32,346 nucleotides of DNA from contig VGKP01000010.1 of assembly GCA_016866975.1 (NCBI GenBank), positions 1 to 32,346 on the forward strand, in the 5' to 3' direction. Position numbers and translations under genes: made by a program. The DNA comes from Candidatus Pacearchaeota archaeon (GTDB taxonomy: Archaea > Nanobdellota > Nanobdellia > Pacearchaeales > GW2011-AR1). Below the pieces are notes generated by a model. The model had not been told where the DNA came from, made no database searches, and saw only the letters and a list, made by a program, of their open reading frames with translations. Positions within the stretch are counted from its first letter, which is position 1, and the number at the start of each line of letters is the position of its first letter. Shown here one piece after another: positions 8,989-17,806 of this stretch.

Positions 8989-9714
8989 ATGTTATTGAAG
9001 TTGGAAAGCCCTAAACTTCTTTCAGACATAGTCTCCATAATCTCGGAGCTTGTCACAGAGGTGAGGCTTAAAATAAATAAAGAAGGTGTTTCTGTCACTG
9101 CGATAGACCCTGCAAATGTAGCGATGGTATACTTTAAGATGCCATCGGATCTATTTTCCCAGTACGAGATCGATAAAGATGAGATTCTAGGAGTCAATCT
9201 TGAGAATCTAAGACAAGTCCTTAGAAGATGTGGCCTTGGCAGCTCTCTTACTCTCTCAAAAGATGACAATCTACTCAAATTAAGTATTCAGGACAGGATA
9301 AAAAGGGACTTCACTCTAGCCCTTATAGATATAGAGTCGGATGACAAAGAGATGCCTCAGTGGGAATTCAAATCAGTTATTAAGATGAATGCAGACTCTT
9401 TTGTAGAAGTTATTGAGGACTGTGGGGTCGTAGGAGATGCCTGTACATTCATTGCAGATCCAGCCAAGTTCGTAGTTGAGGCCCACGGCCTTAACTCTGC
9501 AAGGGCAGAGTTCTCATCTGACGAGATTGAGCTCTATGCAGATGCAAGTACTGCTCGATTCTCCTTGGAATACTTAAACAAATTCATAAAAGGAAGCAAG
9601 ATATCTTCAAGGGTCACAATATCATTCTCAGACAATCATCCTATGCGCATAGATTTTCCAACAGGGAATGTCATGCTTTCCTTTGTCCTTGCTCCACGAG
9701 TCGAGCAAGATTAA
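8989..9714 (+). CDS. pcn: DNA polymerase sliding clamp PCNA
   Basis: AIDPANVAMV, RFSLEYL, HPMRIDF and FVLAPRVE motifs; likely start ATG 8989. Confidence 0.96.
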   Translation: MLLKLESPKLLSDIVSIISELVTEVRLKINKEGVSVTAIDPANVAMVYFKMPSDLFSQYEIDKDEILGVNLENLRQVLRRCGLGSSLTLSKDDNLLKLSIQDRIKRDFTLALIDIESDDKEMPQWEFKSVIKMNADSFVEVIEDCGVVGDACTFIADPAKFVVEAHGLNSARAEFSSDEIELYADASTARFSLEYLNKFIKGSKISSRVTISFSDNHPMRIDFPTGNVMLSFVLAPRVEQD

Positions 9715-9852
9715 TGAAAAAGAGGGCTGGTTAGGCCCATCTTTTACGTGTCAGAACCAGAACTTGCCTCCTCGCAGCGCGATTTAATTAACATATCAAA
9801 GTATTATGTTTTTATATTACATATGAAGAAATATTCCATAAATGACCTGCAT

Positions 9853-9864
9853 AAGGCTTAAAAA
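9853..9864 (+). promoter_or_regulatory. putative BRE/TATA promoter
   Basis: AAGGCTTAAAAA, 22-33 nt upstream of ATG 9886; resembles the AAAGCTTAAA boxes at 29143 and 29664. Confidence 0.45.
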
Positions 9865-9885
9865 TACCTGCCCCTCTCTTCAATC

Positions 9886-10551
9886 ATGGCTTCTGTGTAT
9901 TATGTCCCGCAATGGTTTATCGGATTTGACATAATGCTCGAGTTCCTTTTCGCCATTGTCACTGCAATAGTGGCCATCATTGCGGCAAGGATGTATCAGA
10001 TCTCTCAGGAGAAGAATATTCTCCATTTCAGCCGAGGATTTCTATGTATTTCATTATCTTATTTCATCTGGGCGATCGTTAACATATCCATAGTCAAAGA
10101 ATTGATTGCAGGAAGTCCAGCCGTAATCCTGGAGAAGCTTTCAGGATTCTGGCTGATAGGTATTTACGCATATCTATTCTTGTTTATAGCAGGCTTAGTG
10201 ACAATAGTCTATGCGACTCTCAATATAAAAAGAGGAGATATATATTACCTGCTTCTGGCACTTCCACTTATAGCTATAGGCGGGGCATACCAGAAAATTC
10301 TCATTTTCAGGATTGTTTCTGTATTTCTACTAGCATTCATAATCTACCGGGAATTGCTTGCATTTATGCAATCCAAGAAAGTAAACACTCTTTTTGTTAC
10401 GCTTGCATTCACATTTATCTTCATAAGTCATGTAGATCTGATTTTCCTTACAATGAGACCTACAGCATATGTATTAAGTCATTTGTTAGAATTAGGAGCA
10501 TATGCTCTTCTTGCTATAACTCTATTTAGAGCCTTAAAAAAACATGACTAA
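9886..10551 (+). CDS. polytopic (6-7 TM) membrane protein, possible sensor
   Basis: Alternating hydrophobic segments along the whole 221 aa; overlaps the start of the downstream wHTH gene. Confidence 0.8.
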   Translation: MASVYYVPQWFIGFDIMLEFLFAIVTAIVAIIAARMYQISQEKNILHFSRGFLCISLSYFIWAIVNISIVKELIAGSPAVILEKLSGFWLIGIYAYLFLFIAGLVTIVYATLNIKRGDIYYLLLALPLIAIGGAYQKILIFRIVSVFLLAFIIYRELLAFMQSKKVNTLFVTLAFTFIFISHVDLIFLTMRPTAYVLSHLLELGAYALLAITLFRALKKHD

Positions 10552-10819
10552 AAAAAGAAATCGTCTGGAGATAATAAGAGATATACTCGAAGTAATAAAA
10601 ACCAAGCAAGGCAGGATAAAGCCTACGCACATTTTATACAAGTCAAACTTATCCTATATAATGATGGAAGAATATCTATCGGAACTAAAGGAGAAAGAAT
10701 TCATAGAAGAACTCTCATCTGGAAACGGAAAGACCTATAGGGTAACTGAAAAAGGTCTGACTTATTTAGACAAATACAAGATGGTCTCTGAGTTTACTTC
10801 TTCATTTGGTCTTAATTAA
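10544..10819 (+). CDS. winged-helix transcriptional regulator (small archaeal wHTH)
   Basis: RNRLEIIRDIL...THILYKSNLSY...YL..L...Y.VTEKG pattern. Confidence 0.88.
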   Translation: MTKKRNRLEIIRDILEVIKTKQGRIKPTHILYKSNLSYIMMEEYLSELKEKEFIEELSSGNGKTYRVTEKGLTYLDKYKMVSEFTSSFGLN

Positions 10820-11316
10820 GGTGGTGAGGCATTTTCCTGAACAGCAAAATACTTCGTAGCATCGCAAGAATAAACAATCAAGACACGTTTCATTTTGTCA
10901 GCTCCTTCTAGATTTACAAATTCAACGGGATTTTCAGAGAAGCGCTCAACTAAACTTTGGAATCCACGAGGTCTCTCACATAGTTTCAGCAAGGAATCTG
11001 TCTTAACTACAACTTTACTGACAAGATCTCGATACTCTATTCTCAGTTGAGTATCTTTTGATTCCTTGATACCTCTATGGGTCAGGTAGAGCTGTCTAAA
11101 CTGAACGCCTTCTCCTCGATGTGTAGTTGCAAATGCCACGCCGATGATATCCTCAGGAGCATATACTTCTCCATGACCAAGCTCACGAATAATTCTTTCT
11201 AAATAGTCGCTCTCAACAAGAGCTTTATGCTGTTCAGGTGTTACTCGGTGGAGAGACTTTTTCTCAGGTTGTGAGAAATAACCTTTTAGATTATCAAAAA
11301 ATCCCAGGCCTCTCAA
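10816..11316 (-). CDS. hypothetical protein (TTG start)
   Basis: 166-aa ORF filling the gap, convergent on the wHTH gene; no motif recognised. Confidence 0.6.
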   Translation of the reverse strand: MRGLGFFDNLKGYFSQPEKKSLHRVTPEQHKALVESDYLERIIRELGHGEVYAPEDIIGVAFATTHRGEGVQFRQLYLTHRGIKESKDTQLRIEYRDLVSKVVVKTDSLLKLCERPRGFQSLVERFSENPVEFVNLEGADKMKRVLIVYSCDATKYFAVQENASPP

Positions 11317-11405
11317 TGCGAGCCATATTATATAAAAATAATTGCACCAGGATATAAGGGTTAGAACAGAAGGATTTTATGTGCAAGGCCCCCATCGGCA
11401 TAACC

Positions 11406-11413
11406 TTTATATA
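11406..11413 (+). promoter_or_regulatory. putative TATA box of the ribosomal-protein operon
   Basis: TTTATATA about 105 nt upstream of the uL3 ATG. Confidence 0.45.
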
Positions 11414-11517
11414 CCCACACAAATAACAGATTAAGAATCTAATTGTAAAACACAACCTACGTTCTGATAAAACGAAGGTTACTTAGAGAGAGTTGCATCT
11501 GATTAAAATGACAAACA

Positions 11518-12468
11518 ATGGCAAAGTTATCAAGTCCACATGCAGGATCCCTGCAATTTTGGCCTCGTAAGAGGGCTGCAAAATCTATCCCTAGTGTGAA
11601 CTGGAGCGTTGTGAAGGGGAAGGACAAGGCAACTGGTTTGCTCGGGTTTCTGGCATATAAAGCAGGGATGGCTACAGTTCTAGTGAAGGATTCAACTCCC
11701 GATTCACTTTCCAAAGGCAAGAAAATATATCTTCCAGTCACTATCCTTGAGGCCCCACACCTTAAGGTCTTCTCAATAAGATTTTACAAAGATGGAAAGA
11801 TTATGAAGGAAGCTCTAGTTTCTAATGATAAGGAACTAAAGAAAGTCTTAAGATTGCCGAAAGAGGTTAAGTCTCTTGACTCTCAGATCCCTCAAAGTTT
11901 TGATGATATAAGGCTAATTGTATACTCTATTGCAAAGCAGACTTCTGTAAAGAAGACTCCTGATCTTGCAGAAGTAGGCATCAGGGCAGATAATAAACTT
12001 GAATTCGCCAAATCTCTGGTAAATAAAGAAATAACATTGAAGGACTTCTTGCACTACGAACTTCTAGACATTAGGGGTCTTACAAGAGGAAAAGGATTTT
12101 CAGGCCCAGTCAAGAGATTCGGAATAACCTTGAAGCAGCATAAGACTGAGAAAGGAGTACGACGTCCAGGGTCCTTGGCTCCTTGGCACCCTGCCAGAGT
12201 CACATTTAGGACTCCTCAAGCAGGCCAACTTGGCATGTTCACCCGCGTTCATTATAATCAAAAAGTTATTTCATCAGGAAGTATCTCTGAGAAGGACATT
12301 AATCCAGGAACAGGATTCAAGCATTATGGCAAGATAAAGACGGACTACCTCTTTGTCAAAGGCAGTGTTCAGGGTCCAGTCAAGAGACAAATTCTTCTTA
12401 CGCCATCTTTCAGGCCAACCAAGCTTACGGCAAAAAGAAAGTATGAGCTTCAGGAGGTCTTCATATGA
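11518..12468 (+). CDS. rpl3: 50S ribosomal protein uL3
   Basis: GSLQFWPRKRA, GFLAYKAGM, TRGKGFSGPVKRFG and GSVQGP motifs. Confidence 0.98.
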   Translation: MAKLSSPHAGSLQFWPRKRAAKSIPSVNWSVVKGKDKATGLLGFLAYKAGMATVLVKDSTPDSLSKGKKIYLPVTILEAPHLKVFSIRFYKDGKIMKEALVSNDKELKKVLRLPKEVKSLDSQIPQSFDDIRLIVYSIAKQTSVKKTPDLAEVGIRADNKLEFAKSLVNKEITLKDFLHYELLDIRGLTRGKGFSGPVKRFGITLKQHKTEKGVRRPGSLAPWHPARVTFRTPQAGQLGMFTRVHYNQKVISSGSISEKDINPGTGFKHYGKIKTDYLFVKGSVQGPVKRQILLTPSFRPTKLTAKRKYELQEVFI

Positions 12469-12569
12469 TGAATAACGGTTGCTGGACGTTGAGACTAAGA
12501 GAACCGTTAGTTCTCGAGGCGCTCAGGAATCTTCAATTCCTGACGGACCCGCTGGAGGTCTTCATATGA
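12453..12569 (+). mobile_element. 101-bp palindromic insert at the uL3/uL4 junction flanked by the 16-bp direct repeat GGAGGTCTTCATATGA
   Basis: Direct repeats at 12453-12468 and 12554-12569. Internal stems GAGAAC/GTTCTC (12499-12515) and TCAGGAAT/ATTCCTGA (12523-12543). Core resembles the inserts at 23310 and 23936. Confidence 0.7.
12465..12569 (+). CDS. 34-aa translationally coupled mini-ORF (MMNNGCWTLRLREPLVLEALRNLQFLTDPLEVFI)
   Basis: ATG overlaps the uL3 TGA and its own TGA overlaps the uL4 ATG; no internal stop. Expression is unproven. Confidence 0.4.
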   Translation: MMNNGCWTLRLREPLVLEALRNLQFLTDPLEVFI

Positions 12570-13351
12570 AAGCACAATTATACTCAAACACAGGAGAGAA
12601 GAAATCATCGATAGATTTGCCTTCTTTCTTTAGTTCTTTGATAAGAGAAGATATTGCGGGCAAAGTCTTTGAAGCAGAGAAATATGAGCTTATGCAGCCC
12701 TATGCAGGATATAAGGAAGCAGGAAAAAGGCATTCTGCTTCAGGAACTATAAGTCATCTTCGTCACACGTGGAAAGGCCATTATGGAAAAGGTATTGCAA
12801 GGCTCCCAAGGAAGACTATGTCAAGGCGCGGAACACAATTTTTCTGGGTTGGTGCAGAAGTCTCTCAGACGAGAGGTGGAAGAAGTGCTCACCCTCCATT
12901 AGGTCTGCACGCATTTAGGAAAATCAATAGCAAAGAGAATACTATTGCCTTCCAGACAGGATTTGCTTCCACAGCAGACAAGGAATACATGGCAAAGAGA
13001 TATTCATCTTTGCAAAATACCAAAGAACTTCCTTCGATACCATTTGTGATAGAGTCTTTGCCTCATAAGACAAAAGAGTTCAATAATCTGATGGAAAAAT
13101 TACTGGGATCATTAACCTCCATAGCTTTTAAGAAAAAAGAAGTGAGGACAGGAAAGGGAAAGAGAAGAGGAAGAAAATACAAATCTACAGCAGGACTTCT
13201 TATAATCAAGGGGAGAAATGAGAAAGCAAAGTTCAACGGTGTTGAAGTCAAGAATGCCCAAGATATATTGATGAGAGACATCTACCCTCTTGGAAGATTG
13301 ACTCTTTACACGCAGCAAGGGCTCAAGGAGCTGGAGGAGATATATGCTTAG
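12566..13351 (+). CDS. rpl4: 50S ribosomal protein uL4
   Basis: GKGIARLPR, TRGGRSAHPP and GRLTLYT motifs. True start ATG 12566 with GGAGG RBS; the ORF-track extension is insert sequence. Confidence 0.97.
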   Translation: MKAQLYSNTGEKKSSIDLPSFFSSLIREDIAGKVFEAEKYELMQPYAGYKEAGKRHSASGTISHLRHTWKGHYGKGIARLPRKTMSRRGTQFFWVGAEVSQTRGGRSAHPPLGLHAFRKINSKENTIAFQTGFASTADKEYMAKRYSSLQNTKELPSIPFVIESLPHKTKEFNNLMEKLLGSLTSIAFKKKEVRTGKGKRRGRKYKSTAGLLIIKGRNEKAKFNGVEVKNAQDILMRDIYPLGRLTLYTQQGLKELEEIYA

Positions 13352-13583
13352 ACCAATAACCACAGAAAAAGCAGTAAAACTAATAGATATAGAAAATACT
13401 CTATTGTTCGCCACAGATAGGCGTAGAAATAAAACAGAAATTAAGAAGGAAGTGGAATCCGTATTTAGCGTCAAGGTCGAAGATATCCGGACCTTTATAA
13501 AAAATAATGAAAAGTATGCATATGTTAGATTAACTAAACAATTTCCAGCCATAGACGTGGCGACGAAACTAGGGATGATCTAA
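13344..13583 (+). CDS. rpl23: 50S ribosomal protein uL23
   Basis: PITTEKA, NTLLF, KYAYVRL and AIDVATKLG motifs. Confidence 0.97.
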   Translation: MLRPITTEKAVKLIDIENTLLFATDRRRNKTEIKKEVESVFSVKVEDIRTFIKNNEKYAYVRLTKQFPAIDVATKLGMI

Positions 13584-13585
13584 CC

Positions 13586-13948
13586 ATGATTCAAGAAATT
13601 TTCAAAGTCGGAGCAAGATATGACTTAATAGAAGGAAGAGATGAAGAAGTTTGCCAGATACCTTCACATTTTACTGATTTTTATCCAGTAGTTTTTGTTG
13701 GAACAGAACAACTAGATAAAAACTATCATCTCTTTGCGTATAGGTATCTCAATAGCAAAATAATTATTTTATATGGGCTTAGTGATTTTATAACGACAGG
13801 CGAGAGGGTAATGGCCAGAAATGGAAGTCAGATAGTGACTAGAACATATATGCAAGAACAAAAATTTGGCACAGGGGATCTCTCGGCATCTGATTCAAGA
13901 AAGAGATTTGAAGAACTTTCAACATTACTGGAGGGATCAGGATTATAA
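13586..13948 (+). CDS. orphan hypothetical protein inserted between uL23 and uL2
   Basis: 120-aa ORF exactly filling the gap (2 nt after the uL23 stop, 1 nt before the uL2 ATG). Confidence 0.75.
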   Translation: MIQEIFKVGARYDLIEGRDEEVCQIPSHFTDFYPVVFVGTEQLDKNYHLFAYRYLNSKIIILYGLSDFITTGERVMARNGSQIVTRTYMQEQKFGTGDLSASDSRKRFEELSTLLEGSGL

Positions 13949-13949
13949 A

Positions 13950-14663
13950 ATGGGTAAGAGAATCATAGCACAAGCACGAGGACATGGAAGCTTAACGTAT
14001 CAAGTAAGAAAGAGAGCATACATATACAGGATAAAATATCCTATGGAAGAAGGACAGGCAGAGATACTTGATCTTATCCATTCGGCAGCACATTCAGCAC
14101 CATTAATGAAGTTGAGAGTGAATAAGGAAATATGTTATAATCCGGCTTTCAACGGCGCAGTCGTTGGAGACACAGTAATGATAAAATCTGATGCAGAATC
14201 AAAACCAGGGAACGTTGCGATGTTAAAGAATATAGTTCCCGGAACTAATATCTATAATATTGAAAACAATCCAGGCGATGGAGGTAAGATGATTCGTGTA
14301 GCTGGAAGCAGCGCAATTCTTCTTAAGAAGTTAGACCATAACAAGGTGAGAATCCAGATGCCCAATAAAAAAGCAAAAATCAATGAGATTGTAGTTAGTG
14401 GAGATTGTAGAGCGACAATAGGAGTAATAGCAGGAGAGGGAAGAACACTCAAACCTTTTATAAAGGCGGGACCCAAGTTCTACAAGATGAAAGCAAGAAA
14501 CAAGCTTTGGCCAAGATCATCTGCAGTTAAGATGAACGCGGTGGATCATCCATTCGGTTCAGGCAGAGGTAAGAGAATCAAGCCCAAGATTGCCAAGCGC
14601 AATGCGCCTCCAGGAACAAGAGTGGGCCACTTACGTCCAAGAAGGACAGGTAGGAGCAAATAA
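13950..14663 (+). CDS. rpl2: 50S ribosomal protein uL2
   Basis: MGKRIIAQARG, C.ATIGVIAG.GR and MNAVDHPFG motifs; start ATG 13950. Confidence 0.98.
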   Translation: MGKRIIAQARGHGSLTYQVRKRAYIYRIKYPMEEGQAEILDLIHSAAHSAPLMKLRVNKEICYNPAFNGAVVGDTVMIKSDAESKPGNVAMLKNIVPGTNIYNIENNPGDGGKMIRVAGSSAILLKKLDHNKVRIQMPNKKAKINEIVVSGDCRATIGVIAGEGRTLKPFIKAGPKFYKMKARNKLWPRSSAVKMNAVDHPFGSGRGKRIKPKIAKRNAPPGTRVGHLRPRRTGRSK

Positions 14664-15067
14664 TGGTTGAAGAAGTAATTGTAAGGTCCAAGGAATTATT
14701 TTATCGTGGCAAAAATTTAGAGGATCTCAAGAAGATGGATGTGAGGGAATCAGCTAAATTCCTGCCATCTAGGTCCAGAAGGACTGTCTTGAGGAACTTC
14801 GATATGATAGAGAAATTTATCAAGAGATGTGAGAAGAAGGTATCCATGAAGAAGAAAATAAGGACCCATTTAAGAGATATAGTTATTGTCCCTCATCTAG
14901 TGGGGCAGACAATACAAGTCTATAATGGAAGGACATTCAATGAAGTAAAGGTTTCTGCAGCTATGATAGGGCACCGCTTAGGAGAATTTTCTCTGACTAG
15001 AGGCAAAGTCACTCACGGTACTCCAGGTATAGGTGCGACAAAGAGCTCTGCAGGAGAGAAGAAGTAA
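14663..15067 (+). CDS. rps19: 30S ribosomal protein uS19
   Basis: RTHLRD, VYNG and MIGHRLGEFSLTR motifs. Confidence 0.98.
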   Translation: MVEEVIVRSKELFYRGKNLEDLKKMDVRESAKFLPSRSRRTVLRNFDMIEKFIKRCEKKVSMKKKIRTHLRDIVIVPHLVGQTIQVYNGRTFNEVKVSAAMIGHRLGEFSLTRGKVTHGTPGIGATKSSAGEKK

Positions 15068-15068
15068 A

Positions 15069-15758
15069 ATGACTGAAAAACCACAATCAAGACCAGAAGG
15101 TAAACCTGCTCAACAACTCAAGCAGCAGAAGCCAGTTGCATCTAAAGAAAAGAAAGTGGAAACAAAAGTTGTCACGCCTTCTATTCCTGTTCCAACTCCA
15201 AGTCCCGTGCCTTCAAATTCCAACGATAATTCTTCTGTTCCTGCACCTAACCCTTCACCATCGCCAACAATCTCTTCATCTTCTTCAACACCTGCAGAAA
15301 AGCCTGCCAAAGTTGTTGCCCCAAAACCTTCTAAGAAAGAAGAAGCCGTTGCAAGAGGGACAAATCTTCATGCTTCAAAGAAACATTGCATGTATATCTG
15401 TAACTTTATCAAAGGAAAACCTATCGACCAAGCAATCACCGAGTTACAAGAAGTTCTCAAATTCAAGCGCGTTATTCCCATGAAAGGAGAAATTCCTCAC
15501 CGCTCGGCACACGGAATCATGTCCGGCCGCTATCCTATAAAGACGACGCAACAGTTTATTCCTTTGCTCAAAGCATTAAAAGGCAATGTAATAGTCAATG
15601 GGATGGAATTGGACAAAACACGCATCACCTATGGCTCTGCAACCTGGGCCTCTCGTCCTCAGAAGCGAGGAGGCATGAGATTTAAAAGGTCATTTGTTGT
15701 CCTCAAGGCCAGGGAAATCCAAATGAAAGAAAGTAAGAAACAGGAGATAAAGAAATAA
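15069..15758 (+). CDS. rpl22: 50S ribosomal protein uL22 with a long Pro/Ser/Lys-rich N-terminal extension
   Basis: Core starts near EEAVARG; GRYPIK and LKGNVIVNG.ELDK motifs; start ATG 15069. Confidence 0.95.
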   Translation: MTEKPQSRPEGKPAQQLKQQKPVASKEKKVETKVVTPSIPVPTPSPVPSNSNDNSSVPAPNPSPSPTISSSSSTPAEKPAKVVAPKPSKKEEAVARGTNLHASKKHCMYICNFIKGKPIDQAITELQEVLKFKRVIPMKGEIPHRSAHGIMSGRYPIKTTQQFIPLLKALKGNVIVNGMELDKTRITYGSATWASRPQKRGGMRFKRSFVVLKAREIQMKESKKQEIKK

Positions 15759-16465
15759 TGGAAGAGAAAAAATTTGTAGGTTTCAAGAAAGAAGAACTTG
15801 CAGTTAAGGAATATGTTAAAAGAGCTCTCGGAAAAGGAAAAATCAGCAATGTCTCTATTGAATACACTCCAGTTGGGGAGAAAATAGTCATTGCCACAAG
15901 CAGACCCGGAATGGTCATCGGTAGAAAAGGAGAGAAGATAGAAGAACTCACAAGAGTCATAAAAAAGAGATTCAAGTTCGACAATCCTCATATTGAAATA
16001 AGAGAAATAATAAATCCTCTATTGGATGCCCAGCTTGTTGCAGATGAGATTGCTCTGGGTCTTGAAAGGGACGGGCCTCAGAAATTCAAGGTCATCGCAT
16101 ACAAGATGATTCAGGAGATCATGAGTGCAGGAGCATTGGGGGTAGAGATAGTTCTTTCAGGAAGGCTTCCAAGCGAGAGAGCTAGGAGCTGGAGATTTTC
16201 CCAAGGATACCTCAAGAAAACAGGAGACCCTGCAAAAGTAGTGGATAGAGCTATGTCTCAAGCTACAACACAACCAGGCGTAGTAGGTATCAAAGTCAGC
16301 ATACTTCCACCAAATGCTCACATACATGACAGGATAGTAATTGACCAGGAGATGCTCTCAAAATTAAAGTCTCAAAATAGCGAAACAAAAGAAGAGGAGA
16401 ATAGCGAAGAAGACCCTAAGCCTAAGAGAAAGAAAAAATCAGATAAGGCAGGAGAGACACAATGA
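15758..16465 (+). CDS. rps3: 30S ribosomal protein uS3
   Basis: RPGMVIGRKG KH motif, GVEIVLSGRL and GVVGIKVSI motifs. Confidence 0.98.
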   Translation: MEEKKFVGFKKEELAVKEYVKRALGKGKISNVSIEYTPVGEKIVIATSRPGMVIGRKGEKIEELTRVIKKRFKFDNPHIEIREIINPLLDAQLVADEIALGLERDGPQKFKVIAYKMIQEIMSAGALGVEIVLSGRLPSERARSWRFSQGYLKKTGDPAKVVDRAMSQATTQPGVVGIKVSILPPNAHIHDRIVIDQEMLSKLKSQNSETKEEENSEEDPKPKRKKKSDKAGETQ

Positions 16466-16740
16466 CATTATTGAGGATGAAAGATGTGAATAAAATGGAT
16501 GAAAAAGAAAGGCAGTCAAAGATACAGGAATTAAGATTATCTTTAATAAGATCTCAAGTCACAGCACATAAGGCAACTGCAAAAACCAAAGAGATTAAAA
16601 GGGCACTTGCACGCTTGTTAACATGTCAAGGCGCTTCAGAAAGGACTCGCGCCTTAAGCATGATCAAGGATTCAAAGCAGAATAAAAAAGAATCCTCAAC
16701 ATTCAACAACTCTCACAAGGAGGGGTTGGAGAAGAAATAA
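16462..16740 (+). CDS. rpl29: 50S ribosomal protein uL29 with C-terminal extension
   Basis: ELRLSL...EIKRALARLLT; syntenic position after uS3. Confidence 0.92.
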   Translation: MTLLRMKDVNKMDEKERQSKIQELRLSLIRSQVTAHKATAKTKEIKRALARLLTCQGASERTRALSMIKDSKQNKKESSTFNNSHKEGLEKK

Positions 16741-16742
16741 AT

Positions 16743-17042
16743 ATGGACAATGATCCAGGGTTCGGATTCCCAGAAGAATCTGAATTGTTTGACGAAATCG
16801 CTAAGGGCGAGCAGAAGATCACCGTATCGACGGTAGCACGAAGATACGGAAAGATCATAACTCTCGTGAGCGGCTTTGACAAGAACTTTGACATCAAAGG
16901 CACTGCAAAGCACCTCAAGGAGAAGCTTGCATGCGGGGGCACCATCAAGGATGGAGTCATCGAGCTTCAGGGAAACCACAAGAAGCAAGTAAGGCCAGTA
17001 TTGGTGAAGCTTGGATTCCCAGAAGAGTCAATAAGTGACTAG
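16743..17042 (+). CDS. sui1: translation initiation factor aIF1/SUI1
   Basis: RRYGKIIT, LKEKLACGGT and IELQGNH motifs. Confidence 0.97.
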   Translation: MDNDPGFGFPEESELFDEIAKGEQKITVSTVARRYGKIITLVSGFDKNFDIKGTAKHLKEKLACGGTIKDGVIELQGNHKKQVRPVLVKLGFPEESISD

Positions 17043-17063
17043 CGACAAATCCAGACAACACAA

Positions 17064-17408
17064 ATGAAAACTGAAAAGAAAAACAACAAGAAAGAGAAGA
17101 AGGAATCTCAATTAGCCGCAGCCCCATTCACCACGAGTACCAGAGGGAGAATATTCGAGGGAATTGTAAAAAAGAAATTCCCGACAAGGATAGTGATTGA
17201 GATGGAGAGGATACTTTATGTGAAGAAGTATGAACGATTCTACAAGAAGAAGAGCAAGATTCACGCTCGTCTGCCAGCAGGAATGGATGTCAATATAGGC
17301 GACCTAGTCCAGATTCAAGAGTGCAGGCCGTTAAGCAAGATCATACATGCAGTCATGATAAAAAAATTAAAGTCTGTGGAATCATATAAGCAAGGAGATA
17401 AGAAATGA
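17064..17408 (+). CDS. rps17: 30S ribosomal protein uS17
   Basis: RGRIFEG, KYERFYKKKSKIHA and ECRPLSK motifs. Confidence 0.97.
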   Translation: MKTEKKNNKKEKKESQLAAAPFTTSTRGRIFEGIVKKKFPTRIVIEMERILYVKKYERFYKKKSKIHARLPAGMDVNIGDLVQIQECRPLSKIIHAVMIKKLKSVESYKQGDKK

Positions 17409-17806
17409 CAAACGATATATTAGTAGTAGACTTAAAGCGAAGGTATCAATCTATGATAAAAACGCGCATAGATGGAAGGCAACAAGAAATAGATAAGTTC
17501 GAGAGATTGAATGAAATATATAATAAAACAGTAGAGAATATAGGGTATTGTAAACAATTAGCATTGAGTGATAATTTCCCAGCTCATGCGACGTGGTTAG
17601 ATCCTGTCACGTTAGCACGCTGGCTGCACGGCTCTGTCTTGGAATTCGGTTTAGAATATCATCGTGAAAGTTATAGTACAGGCATACTTTCACACGAGAA
17701 AAATAAACTCAAATCAGCATGGAATGGACATATTCAAGCATTAATTATTGAAGCAGGACAAGAAATTCTTTCAAAATATCCGGAATTGGAGGGCAAACTC
17801 ACATGA
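17405..17806 (+). CDS. orphan hypothetical protein inserted between uS17 and uL14
   Basis: 133-aa ORF with ATGA overlaps at both ends. Confidence 0.78.
   Translation: MTNDILVVDLKRRYQSMIKTRIDGRQQEIDKFERLNEIYNKTVENIGYCKQLALSDNFPAHATWLDPVTLARWLHGSVLEFGLEYHRESYSTGILSHEKNKLKSAWNGHIQALIIEAGQEILSKYPELEGKLT

Noticed and set aside
5296-9278. Opposite-strand ORFs over the surface proteins, primase and PCNA (5296-5637, 5417-5740, 6811-7032, 7547-7954, 8961-9278)
   Set aside because: Fully overlapped by well-supported genes and without recognisable features.
9718-9790. GC-richer patch after PCNA as a tRNA or ncRNA
   Set aside because: No cloverleaf or T-loop motif; only a short imperfect stem (GGGC/GCCC). 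Cannot be supported without a covariance search.
12479-12565. N-terminal extension of uL4 shown in the ORF track
   Set aside because: It is insert sequence; ATG 12566 has the RBS and a normal uL4 start. The upstream extensions given for uL2, uL22 (15033), uL6, SBDS, psmA, primase and ORF 7341 were trimmed likewise.
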